A stretch of DNA of 63,956 nucleotides, filler included, from Blastocystis sp. subtype 4 (taxonomy: Eukaryota): the NCBI RefSeq assembly GCF_000743755.1. It is 3 parts of 3 records of this genome, joined end to end, with 100 filler letters (N's around TTAATTAATTAA, not from the genome) between each part and the next. Parts side by side here need not be neighbours in the genome. Positions count along the whole stretch, not along the records: positions 22,341 to 44,500 come from NW_014569369.1; 2 more parts are not named here. The stretch is one strand, 5' to 3'. Positions within the stretch are counted from its first letter, which is position 1; every line of letters begins with the position of its first letter. The notes under the pieces are model-generated. The model made no database searches. It saw only the letters and a list, made by a program, of their open reading frames with translations, and was not told the origin of the DNA. This document shows positions 24,238 to 35,328 of this stretch, piece by piece. The position numbers and the translations under genes are program-made.

Positions 24238-27200
24238 ATGAAGGAGTTTAGGTTGCCTCAGAAACTTGAGGATCTCGAAAACTCCGACAGCGGTTTCTTT
24301 AGCGTTACCGATCTGATTGACCTCGAGCTATGTGACTCGGAGGAATGCTATCGGCTCTTGGATAGTTCGTATTTGTTCATTGCAATGAACTCTAGATCTT
24401 GCTAACGAAGTTGTTGATTCCCGGTGTTTTGAATTGATAGCCGAACCTCAACATTTCGATGTTGCCTATTCATTTATAAAGTGATTCTAACTTGAAACTA
24501 TTCATTATAGATACTTTCGATCATTGTCAGAACAAATCAAAGCCAAATACACGGATATTATTCTCCGAGGAGGTCGAGGATATATTGTGACTTCAATCAA
24601 TAAAACAGTTCCTTCAGAATCAACAATCCTTTGGAAGAACGCACTTTTCATGTGACAGTTGACCCGTCAAATGATGTTCAGATACACCTATTTTCTATCG
24701 TTATTGATCAAAGAGATTGACAATGTCGTTGATTCACTCGTGGATAAGGAACAGTTGGTTACCGATAAGAGTCGTAAAGTCCATTTGTTCGTTTTCATCG
24801 ATACATAGAAAAAGCGACGAGTAATCAACAGTGATATCAAGTGGGAAGATTACTTCTATGATGCTCTCGAGATCTTGTTATTCACTTTACGTGGAAATCT
24901 GAAGAATTTCTTTTCGATGGGTATTCCTGATGAAGTGAGATTATTGTATTTGTATCATCCAGATGTTCCTTCAACTCTTCTGGAGTCCGTGTTTATCAGT
25001 TCTTGAACACAAAAGTAATCTTGGTAATCCAAGATTGGTCGATGTGACGCTTAATGTATTGGCATCCCTTCTCTCAACCTATCCGTTGTGTTTCTTGCTT
25101 ATATTCATGAATAGATCTGCATTATCACCAGTTCGATCAATTCTCGTGACTATGATGGCTTCAAATGATTACATGGCTGAAATCGTTTCACGTTTGGCCA
25201 AAACACTATTTGATCGATGTAATGGTCATTTTGAGTTGGTTACAGAATTGGTCAAAGAAATTGCAAAACTGAATCTCTCAGATTCAGGGAAAGCAATGAA
25301 TGATACTCGTAATATCAGTCACTTTCTTGTATGGAATCAGTGAATCTCATCAGTAGACGCTCTGTTCTGATCAGGCTCCTTTTGCTCTGCTTCGTTCTCT
25401 TCCTGCCTTGCTGAAACTCCTTGATTGTGATTCTTATGCTCTTCGTCTGGCTGTGATTCAAAGTGTTGGGAATCTCTTACTCCATACCAGCACACCCACA
25501 GAGAATCCTTCTGAAACACAGCAAACCTCTTCGTACCAGAATGTGATTCAGAAACGTGCAAGTATTTTGGTACGACGCCAATCAATTATCCAGAGCAATG
25601 AGAAAGAATCCCAGCCAGAATCGAAAGAGATTGAACTGCATTCGATCGATCTTAAGACAGCCGTATCAGTCCTTCAGTTACTGCAGGAACGGAGTCACGA
25701 TGTCAACGCCTTTGTTCGTTCAGCTACCTTACGAACTCTTGCAACGTTGTGTAGTGAAGGGTTAATTCCTCTGAGTGAATATGTGCATGTAACACAAATA
25801 GCATTAGAGCGAGTAAAAGACAAAGCAGTATTAGTTCGTAAGAATGCTGTGAATGTATGAAGGAATGCAGAGGAGTGATTGAATAGTTGGTTAGTACTCT
25901 AATTGAGAATAATCCTTATGAAGCTGAGTTTCATATGAATGACTATGAGTCAAAACTTAAGGAGATTCAAGCCATCCTTCAATCGATGGAAGGAAATGAG
26001 AATAATGAAGAGACAGTGAAATTACTACGTTTACAACAGTACTATACCAGTACTCTTCAATTTGCTAGTCTGATCACCGTAACACTTACTCCTTCCTTTC
26101 ATTTCTAGTCTTCTGTTACTCTAATCGCTCAGTTATTGGCTAGCAAGTCAGAAGGAGACCTTCTCAGTTGTCTTCAGTTCTTCCCCATAGCCGTATCTTC
26201 TCATGTTCCTGGAGTCGAACGAGGGCTTCGTAGAATGCTGTTTTTAGTCTGGGGGGCTTCACCATCCGTTCTGAAGATGTTGATTTCTGTATTTCCATAA
26301 ATCGTCTCTTATATGATAGTCCATTAAAGAGCTCTATTTTTGTCCTCCAAAAGAATCAACGTTTTTTCCACCAAATGTGATTGCCTCAAATCTTATTCGG
26401 TTGCTTCAGGGAGCTACAGTCGCTGAAACAGCCTCGTTTGCAGAGTTAGTTCCTCATCTTATAGGAGAAGGAATTCTAACAAAACGATGTGTGGAAGGCC
26501 TGTGGAGTTATGTGATAAGTGAAGGAGTGGATCCAATGAATGTGAGACTAAGATTGACGTACTATTGTAGAAAGGACATGCTTTGGATCTGTTGAGTATG
26601 ATTGCAATAACAGCTCCTAAATTTGTATTTGTAAATAATCAACGTATTTTGGATTTATCAGTCTATCTTCAAACCACTTCGTTCTATCATACTAAGTATG
26701 TTATGAGTCTTTGGAAGGCTCTTCCTACCGATCTAAGTGAACCTCAACGGGAACTGAAGCGACGGATCATTGGACTAATTCTCACCTTTCTCGTCGATAC
26801 TACCGTCCACCCGAAGCGAGAGAATGCAAAGGATTGGTTTGGAACAGCGAATGAGGCTGTAAACGCTCTGATGGTCCTATCGAATCGATTTGATAAATCT
26901 GTTGAGCAGGTGCTCCAATCGATTGGGAAAGCTTTGCTTAGTACAGAATCGAGTGATGATGTAGCAGAAGAAGGAACAGAACAGTCAGTTCAAGGAGTGA
27001 ATGAATTGAGTCTGGCTCGATTTGTCTTCTTGTTGGGTCATTGTGCTCTAAAACTTCTTCAATATAGTGAGACGTTAGCTGGACGTGCAAAGAAGGCTCG
27101 ACAGCAATATGAAGAGAAAGAGCAGAATCATCACAAAGGTTCAGGAGAACAGATGGGGTATGTGACTACGTCAGAAGATATTGAAGAAAACATCTTAGAA

Positions 27201-28554
27201 TCAATCAGTGATACAGAATTGGTTGTAAAGTAGAACACAAATGATTGGATGAAACGTAGCAATCTGATTGGACAATTTGGTAAGGTTGTGATTGAATTGA
27301 GTATCAACAAGCAAGGATATGGGAGTTCGTTACAACAAGCGAGTTTACTGTGTTTCTGTAAGTTTATGTGCATTAGTCGAGTGTTCTGTGAAGCCAATCT
27401 AAATGTAGGTTATTTATGTAATGTCATAAATCATAGCTATTATTTACACTTTTGGTTCGTAGTAAGGATGAACATATCAGAAGCAATCTCTTCATATGCA
27501 TTGGTGATCTTTGTTACCGATTCCCAAATCAACTCGAACAGTGGACAACACGTATTTATCAAGTGCTTCAAGACGAAGTAAGGACATAGATGACTCTAAC
27601 ACACAGTCTGAACTCGTTCGAACGAATGCATTATCAGTCCTGTCTCATCTTATTCTAAACGATATGGTTCGTGTGAAAGGGCAGATATCAAGACTTGTTG
27701 TCCTCTTGGAAGACCCTTCAGAGCGGATTCGAACTCTAGCGAAAGTGTTCTTTACTGAATGGGGGAAACGTGGAAACAATCCAATTTACAATGTGTTACC
27801 AGAATGCATTTCCTCATTACTGGAGATGCCTGAAATCAATTATGAACAGTTTCAACGACTTATTCGCTTTTTGATTCATTTTGTTGAAAAGGTGTCGTTT
27901 TTTGTCATTCCATAATATCAAGGATAAACAACAAGATCAACTTGTAGAGAAGCTCCTTCAACGTCTTCCATTAACAACAGATCCGTATAAGTGGAAATGC
28001 TTGTTATTCTGTGTGCATTGTCTTCCAACTACAAACCATTCTCTCTCTAAGTTCCTTCAGAATCGTCGTTATCTGAAGAATGTGTTACAGAGCCAAGAAG
28101 CCAAGGAGATGATGGTCCAGATTCTAGCAAAGGTGAGAATCCTGTGTGGAGTTGAAGACTAGTTGAAACGGTCAATGAAGCCAGAGCAACAGGCTCAAAT
28201 GGATGAATTTCAGAGGTTTTTGAATGAATGTGGTGAGGAGATGGAAGTGAATTCAACACCTCGGAAGGAGAGAATGGCAACCCCAGTGAAGGACAAAACA
28301 GTAACTCCAGCAAAGGACAAAACACCAACCCCAACAAAGGACAGACTAGCTACTCCAGCAAAGGACAGAATAACTACTCCAGTGAAGGAGAAGTCTGTAC
28401 CAATAGTTGAATCTCAACTCAGTGCAAAGAAGAGGAGTTTACATATGACAGAATTAGAAGAAGGAACAGTGAAAAGTGTATGTCGAGAAGAGAGTGATGA
28501 TTCTGTTTTAGTTACAAGGAAACATAGAACAATCGCATTCAGTGATTCAGAATA
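24238..28554 (+). CDS. NCAPD2: Condensin I HEAT subunit CAP-D2/Cnd1 (spliced; stop predicted from poly(A))
   Basis: ERSHDVNAFVRS, ERVKDKAVLVRKNA, LCFCKFMCISRVFCEANL, LSHLILNDMVRVKGQIS, NPIYNVLPECIS. Confidence 0.92.
28277..28393 (+). repeat. 24-bp coding repeat (xxTPxKDK/R, 5 copies)
   Basis: ACTCCAGCAAAGGACA variants spaced 24 bp apart. Confidence 0.85.
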
Positions 28555-28558
28555 CTTG

Positions 28559-28573
28559 TGTTTGTATCAAACA
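28559..28573. terminator. Back-to-back 3' motifs TGTTTGTA(+) and TGTTTGAT(-)
   Basis: TGTTTG-TAT-CAAACA between CAP-D2 and CAP-G. Confidence 0.7.
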
Positions 28574-28576
28574 TTA

Positions 28577-31163
28577 TCATATCTTTTCTAGAGAAGGATC
28601 TATTGTACACAGCACCTTGTTTCTTGATTTGAGTTGTCGTTTCAAAGATTGATTTGTGATATCATGATACAACTTCAATAGAATGATGTTAAATTGAGAT
28701 CGATGTGATTTGTTCATCAAATCTCCATCAACAAATGACAACACAGTAACAATCTCTCTTTGTAAAGCTGTATCCTCGATCCGTGTTACAGCTACTGTAG
28801 CCAATTTTTCTAAGAATCCAATGACAGATCGGTGATATGCGTGGGATGTCTTCTTCTCTGACTCTTCTCCTTCAGGTCCCTCGCTCTCACTTGCCACGTA
28901 ATTCCTCTTCTCAGCTTTTGAGTTATCCATTGTCATGAAGGTTCTATGTATCATTCGCTCCTCTCATCCCAACATGAAGTATTTGCCTATCTGACTGATC
29001 ATTCCAAACCGATCTGGTATGCCAGCTTCTTCTATTCCCTTAATTGTATAAATAGCCGCTTCTTCCAACAATACACAATTCCGGTCGATTTCTGGATTAC
29101 AATAAGAAGGAAAGAAAACAGCCAATGTTTGTCGTATATGTGTTCGTTTGATTGTAGACGAATCAAACAAACTATCAATGAACTAGAATAATCATTCATT
29201 ACAGTAAAATGAGATTGGAAAGTGATAGAATGGAACGGGTTTTATCAAACAGGAACAATTTACAAAATGCCTCACATGCGACCCATTGTAATCTCTCATT
29301 ACTATGGAACACATATGCATTTAAACTATCCAATATCTCCTTTAGTGAAACTCCCATGTCTGCATCATGTTCTGTTGTTTGTTGCATATCTCCATACACA
29401 ATAGTAATATCCGTTAATCCTTCTATCGCACAACATTGGACCTCCAGATCCTCATCCTCCTCAAGAACCATGCATAACAACAAAGAGGTGAATTGACATG
29501 CAATCTCCTAATTCTCATTCTACACATTTGAAATTACTCGTCTCATGATAGCTGCAAGAACTAATCCTTTGACTGCTTCTTGTCGGAGAATGGCAACAGG
29601 TGATTGAAGATTCACTTTGATCACACGATCAAAAAAAGCTTGGATTTCTGGCATTGTAAATGCATTGGATGAAATGAGTTTAAAGGTGCTTTGAACGAGA
29701 TATAACATAAGAAGTTGGATCTGATCCTACTCTTCATCTCGTTTGTTAATCTTACATCACCTTCCACAACATCTTCCAAATCTGAGAGCATCAATGAAAC
29801 TTCGCTATGAATTATCAACCTATCCCTCCATTACCTCAAAAAGGAAGCTTCTCCATCCAATAAATTCAATAATGCTTGGAGAAGCACATGTACATGGTCT
29901 GATTCTATCACCAAGTCCATACGAACTCCCGCGGGAATCGATAAAATATGACGTACCAAATGAAGAATCTCATTTTTGCAAATCTCATCACTTACATCCA
30001 AGTACTGGAGACATTGGATCATATTCCGAAACACAATCTTATCAGTATCTTCACTGCTAACAGAATCGCGAATATGACCACAAAACACAGGAACATCTGA
30101 AATCAATTGATCGATGGATGATTCAAGCTGATGTTCAAAGAAATAACGTACTGCAGAGTACAGATAAAAACTTGTTAGCGATGTCAATTGAGATACCGAG
30201 ATTGAAGCCTTTTTCGTGAATGAGGGTGTGTGATGATTTGATTCATAGGTAAAGACGGCATTCAAGAACAATTCACCAGCAGTCTCATCTTCCTCTACAG
30301 CTAGCAGTGATAATACTATTAAAATGTCATTCTTTGAACACCAATTATCGATCAAAAGTGCTTCAGTTGCTTTCACAACAACATCATTTCGATCTTGTAG
30401 ACAATGTAGAATTGAATGTCGCATCTTAATTGGCAGCTGCTGAATCAATGCATGATCCTTCAAGTTTTTCAAAATTGCTAATCGAACCATGATGTCTTCG
30501 TCTCTTAACCGATATGCAATACTATCGATTGTCAAGGGATGAACAAGAATGTGTTCAGCATACAGAACCCGAATTGACGCCACTGGCTCATACAACATAT
30601 TCTTGTTTAATAGTGTCAGTACTTCCTCATCGGGACTCAACGGATTCTGAAGAAGACATAAGCCTGTGGCTGCAGCAGTACGGACAGCAATCACTTTATC
30701 TCGACTCCTTTCCATATACACTTGCTTCAACTTCCGAATGATCTTCTCTTCTAGATCCAGTTCTTTTGAATGAATCAAGACTTCGTTGACCACTTGAAGA
30801 CATCGCATGCGAACAATCCTATCTTTTGTCTTTGTATAGCAAAGGAGATCCTACAACATAATTTCAAATATCCAGTCAAACTTCGATAATCAGCGGGGCC
30901 AGCATTGGAACTCGCTCATTTCCCATACAACGACTTGTAGACACTGCAATAAATTGAATGAGCTTCCCAATATCCCTGCTGGATCCCTTTGCCGTTAGTA
31001 CAGTGTATATACAATTGGAAAACTGCGCAACAAATGATTCTGGGGTATGACAGTAATAATTTGCCAGCAGTTCGCCATACTGATCCTGTTTCTGCGGTTC
31101 CTCCTGAATGACTCCGAAGACTCGATAGACAAAATGTTCCTCCTGCAAATAATCCGTTGACAT
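28577..31163 (-). CDS. NCAPG: Condensin I HEAT subunit CAP-G/Cnd3 (spliced)
   Basis: RMRCLQVV, ERSRDKVIAVRTAA..LQNP, RLRDEDIMVR, ACEAFCKLFL, RQTLAVFFPSYC. Confidence 0.85.
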
Positions 31164-31214
31164 TGAAACACAACTTGGATCAGTCTTCGTTTGCAGAATC
31201 ACTTCTCCTGCCAA

Positions 31215-31765
31215 ATGGAAAACAGGTGAACCCCTTTTGAATCCTGTAAGAATGTAGACAAAATCTCGAAATTGGGGAAGGATGTCCTCCTTTAGGTCAT
31301 TCTCTTGTTTTAGATCAGCGTATGTTCGATTGTGTTCATTTATCAATAGAAAATTCAAAACCTAAAGAATTGAATACTTTCTCGGTGCCTCGTAGCAGTT
31401 GTAGGCCTTTCGGATCTGTCTTATTGTGTAGTGTTTTCTTCTCTCAGTTCCTTCCTTCCTCAATTCAAAGAGTCGTGTGAAATGATGGAACGGGAAATCG
31501 AGACTACAGGAGTCAACAATTACTGTTTAGAAGAAGTGGTCACTTCTGAGAATGATTCTTCGTCTGAGAATGACTCTTCAGATTCTTCCTCTTCGATGTC
31601 TCAAGAAAGCAACAATCCTAAGGTGGAAATGGTAGAATCACTGATTAATTATGATTGTAGACATTTGCTATGGCTCCTCTGGAAACAGTAGATCTAATCA
31701 ACTCTCTTGAGAATACGCTGCCTGATCCAACAAACCCCAAAGATTCTCTCGTAAAAGAATTGTAA
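31215..31765 (+). CDS. NOPCHAP1/DUF4598-like protein (spliced)
   Basis: VPRSS/VFSSLSSFLPQFKES..PKVEM pattern; reading frame consistent across short introns. Confidence 0.55.
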
Positions 31766-31783
31766 CATAGAATGTGTTTGAGG

Positions 31784-31791
31784 AACAAACA
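31784..31791 (-). terminator. TGTTTGTT motif (SSUH2)
   Basis: Starts 5 nt after the in-frame T at 31796. Confidence 0.8.
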
Positions 31792-31795
31792 CTTA

Positions 31796-33065
31796 ACAGG
31801 AACGAGCAGGAACCATAGAAATCTTGACGATAACGAGGGCAAAAACAAGTTCGATTATTGCCATAGACAAAGAAGCCACCACGTTTTCCTTTCCAATTTC
31901 CAATAGCTTTCGCACAGGGAATCTCATACACTGTGACCCTTTGTTGAAGTAACGCATCTGTACTACTACTGCGTAACTCTTCTGCTCTTGTATACAAAGT
32001 ATTACATGCACTAAGGATACTAGGATCAAAGAATCCCTGAGGAGGAAGAACACGATAGCCAATCTGTCTACCATGTTAGCGTCATCAATATACTAGTACT
32101 TGCAAATCGTAGTACCTTCAGCTTCTCGAATCATCTCCTCAGGAATCTCCTTCTCATTCAACACAATAAAATCAAGATGATTATTGAAAGACACAGTTAG
32201 CTACAAATTACCTTACGAAGCAAGCATCTACACTAATATACATGATCACATTCCCTGTTCCCTCACAAGTAGAACAGCGGATCATTCCATCTCCGTCACA
32301 TTTCTTACAACGAAGACTACCCTCACCATTACAATGGTAACAGCGGACTCTTTCTTCTCCAAAATCATATCCTCTTCCATTACACATGGCACAAGTCTGG
32401 CGTCCACGTCCACTACACTTCTTACACTGAGTGCGGCCATGGCCAGTACAACCGGAACAAGATTGGACATACTCTGTATGAGGAACAGCAACCTTAATGG
32501 TTTTTTCTTCAAACAATGGAGGTGGTTGCACAGGAACGTCCCAGGGCTGAGGAGGCTGACCATTGTTACAACTATCGATCTATCGATGATTTCATTTACA
32601 AACCCTAACGAGTCCACCGCGGAAAGGACGACTCTTCCATTTGTATTCTCGTTTCTCCATGTATGTCTCCCAAGTACAATAGTAGCATGTCCACGTCTCC
32701 ATCTACATCCACAACGACTAGTAAGTGTTACATCCTCAATAGCCATTTTGTTGACAGCTGTTTTTCCCCAAAACAGTTTGGTACTTACAAGTTTCTTGAG
32801 AGACTCGCGCATGTCTTCTCCTGTAATGACCTCCTTATTGTAGGGTAGTGCCGTCATTACCACGTCATCTACTAATAATAACTACATGATCCGTTTCCAC
32901 TTCCAGGCTTTGGTAAGTTATTTGCTGGAACAGCTACTGAACCTCCGCTACTAGTATTATAGCCCTACACTTAATCACATGACTTGAGTGCACTTGAATA
33001 TTGGGAGCGAGATTTCCCATAGGCTGTGCTGATGGAATAGAAGCAGGATCTAGATTAGGAAACAT
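31796..33065 (-). CDS. SSUH2: SSUH2-like protein with CxxCxGxG zinc-finger repeats (spliced; stop predicted from poly(A))
   Basis: PPPLFEE..VPHTEYVQSC, six CxxCxGxG repeats, LLQQRVTVYEIP..FFVYG. Confidence 0.85.
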
Positions 33066-33214
33066 CTTTAGTAGATATCATGATGAACATGCAGTGTGGG
33101 ATCCCATGATTATTATTCATTCATTGAACATTTGTTGCCGAAAGCCTTACTAGACTCTACGTATCGATTCTCACATTGAATAAGGATCGAGTGCGAGCCA
33201 TTCTTGAGAAATTG

Positions 33215-34117
33215 ATGCGTCAAGAGAAATGTCGATTTTCAATGATACTGAGTGTGCAGATGTTAATGGTGAATGCCATTATATTGAGGAGATGACATTA
33301 AACCATTTTCTCACCGTATGCATCGTTTTCTTTGGTGTCGTAAGTATTGCTAGAATCTTTCTAACGTGAAGTACGTCATATTTATGCTTATCCTCTATTG
33401 CGGATTGAGCTCTAGATTAGCTCATTACAAGAAACTCCCAAGACACAACCTTGATATTGGAAGGGAACGATTATCAGCAGTACGTGACTTGTCTTATCGA
33501 TTCATGTGGTAGCAAATGAAAAAGAAAGCAAATGCAAGTCGACAACGGATAAAACGGATGGTTTTCAAACCGCTGGAAGCATCAGATAAAAGTTATGGAG
33601 CTGTTTGTATGGATAGGTGGATGATGTAAGTGTAGTTAATGAAACGACGGGAGAATATTCCCTTTTGAACTACCAAGCAGCTGTAGCAATCTCATATCAA
33701 ACACTAGAAGATGATATCAGTAAACAGTATCCTAATCTCAAACGGACAAGTAAACAGGATCTTCGATCGTACGTGAAATTCTTACAGACCCAATTTCCAA
33801 AGTTAACAGATACTGTTTGCGAGAACTATGTGTTTTCTTACAGTAGGGGTAATTTGTAGGTGAAAACATATGAACTTGCTAAGTTCAGTGATCATGAATG
33901 GACAGCAGAGATGTTTGAAGAGTGGTATGGGTTCTTTCGCGAATTTGCCAATTCGTTGACTCTTCCTTCTGAAAACTATCAGATGAGTGATCCGCGCAGT
34001 CCTCTTATCTACAATTATTCTCAAAAGGGAATTGGTCTTGGTGATGAATTTGAAAGTTCGGAAGACAGTGATTCTCTCGTTATGAACATGAATCATCATG
34101 AAGACGAATTCGATTAG
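33215..34117 (+). CDS. NICE-3/C1orf43-like membrane protein (spliced; 5' end uncertain)
   Basis: N-terminal TM segment; DLRSYVKFL..YELAKFSDHEWT motif. Confidence 0.45.
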
Positions 34118-34170
34118 CCTTGTTTCCAACAAACACACCAATAACCAACAAATATGTTGTAAGGGCGTGC

Positions 34171-35136
34171 CTAGTTATGTTTCTGTTTCTTTCGAATGGC
34201 AATTACCTTACATCTTACTTGCTGATACGAACGATCGTAGCCATACAAACTCTTCATCAGCGACTTTATCTCGCCGTAAGCCTTCCCGTAGGTCTTCATA
34301 AGAGCCATCAAGCATCCCAACTCCTCTGGTGACCATGGAGCAAGATTCTTATTCTCGATCTCCAATCTTTCCTTGATTTGCTTCTTACTGCGATTTAAAC
34401 GCATATAGAGCTCTTCTTCAGAAATGATTCCTTCACGAAAAGTACGGAGAATTGCCTTCTCCTTGTCATTCCACGCATTCTTATTAATATTCTTAGTCAT
34501 ACGGTTATAGTGTTCACGGCACTGTTTCGCTGTCAAGCCATCACCCATTAGCTTAGAGATCTTCTTCCACTCGCATCCATACTCATCAACCAGAGAGCGC
34601 AGCTTATGATTTTCATCTTCCGACCACAAATGCTTTGCACGACGTGTCTTGCAACCAGTAGAAGATCCAGCAACATGTGATTCCTTACTCTCGTCTTCGA
34701 TAGAATAATCCTCAATGGACTCATCAGTACTCTGTTGATCTTGATTAGGATTAAAATTCATATCGTTTGGATATGAATTTTGGTCCAGGTCAGGATAAAC
34801 AGTGTATTGATTTCCATTCAGATGATTCTCGTGAATATCATAAGGGTCAGAGGTATCAAAAGGGGATGACAACACTGCTGCTTCGAGTGACAGCTCGTTT
34901 GGAAGAACTATTCTGTCGTCACAAAAATCCAAAGGAAGCGAATAAAACCCAAAAGACAGGCTCGAATCCTCAGAAGAAAACTGATCAGGCGAATCCAAGT
35001 CCAATTCAGGAGCACTATGGTCAGAGCTACTTGGATCCATAAAGCTAGGTTCCGCAACAGCCTCCACAACAATTGGTTCAAACCAATTTCCCCCAAACTC
35101 GTCCACCCCAGAGCCCTCAAAGGAATCACTCGACAT
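34171..35136 (-). CDS. Myb-domain transcription factor (intronless)
   Basis: WSEDENHKL..YGCEWKKIS..LTAKQCREHY, followed by WNDKE and WSPEE repeats; acidic N-terminus. Confidence 0.85.
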   Translation of the reverse strand: MSSDSFEGSGVDEFGGNWFEPIVVEAVAEPSFMDPSSSDHSAPELDLDSPDQFSSEDSSLSFGFYSLPLDFCDDRIVLPNELSLEAAVLSSPFDTSDPYDIHENHLNGNQYTVYPDLDQNSYPNDMNFNPNQDQQSTDESIEDYSIEDESKESHVAGSSTGCKTRRAKHLWSEDENHKLRSLVDEYGCEWKKISKLMGDGLTAKQCREHYNRMTKNINKNAWNDKEKAILRTFREGIISEEELYMRLNRSKKQIKERLEIENKNLAPWSPEELGCLMALMKTYGKAYGEIKSLMKSLYGYDRSYQQVRCKVIAIRKKQKHN

Positions 35137-35205
35137 TTTGCAGTAAACCAAGGAATTAATATTTTGGTAAGAAAAAGAATGAACCATACGTTAATTTCCA
35201 CTCTG

Positions 35206-35280
35206 GTTCCACGGTTATTCCTAATGATACTGGGACTATTGTTCCACGGTTATTCCTAATGATACCGGGATTATTGTTCC
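35206..35280. repeat. 35-bp tandem duplication upstream of the Myb gene
   Basis: GTTCCACGGTTATTCCTAATGATAC[TC]GGGA[CT]TATT twice, plus a partial third copy. Confidence 0.9.
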
Positions 35281-35316
35281 GCATTTCTCTAATTCCTTGA
35301 AATTAGTCGTTGATTC

Positions 35317-35324
35317 AACAAACA
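35317..35324 (-). terminator. TGTTTGTT motif (TPR-DnaJ)
   Basis: Starts 5 nt after the in-frame T at 35329. Confidence 0.8.
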
Positions 35325-35328
35325 AGAG

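Noticed and set aside
31164..31358. N-terminal extension of the CAP-G ORF
   Set aside because: Overlaps the spliced + strand gene starting at 31215; CAP-G similarity begins near 31163
35206..35280. 35-bp direct repeats as a CRISPR array
   Set aside because: Contiguous copies with no spacers, eukaryotic context and no cas genes
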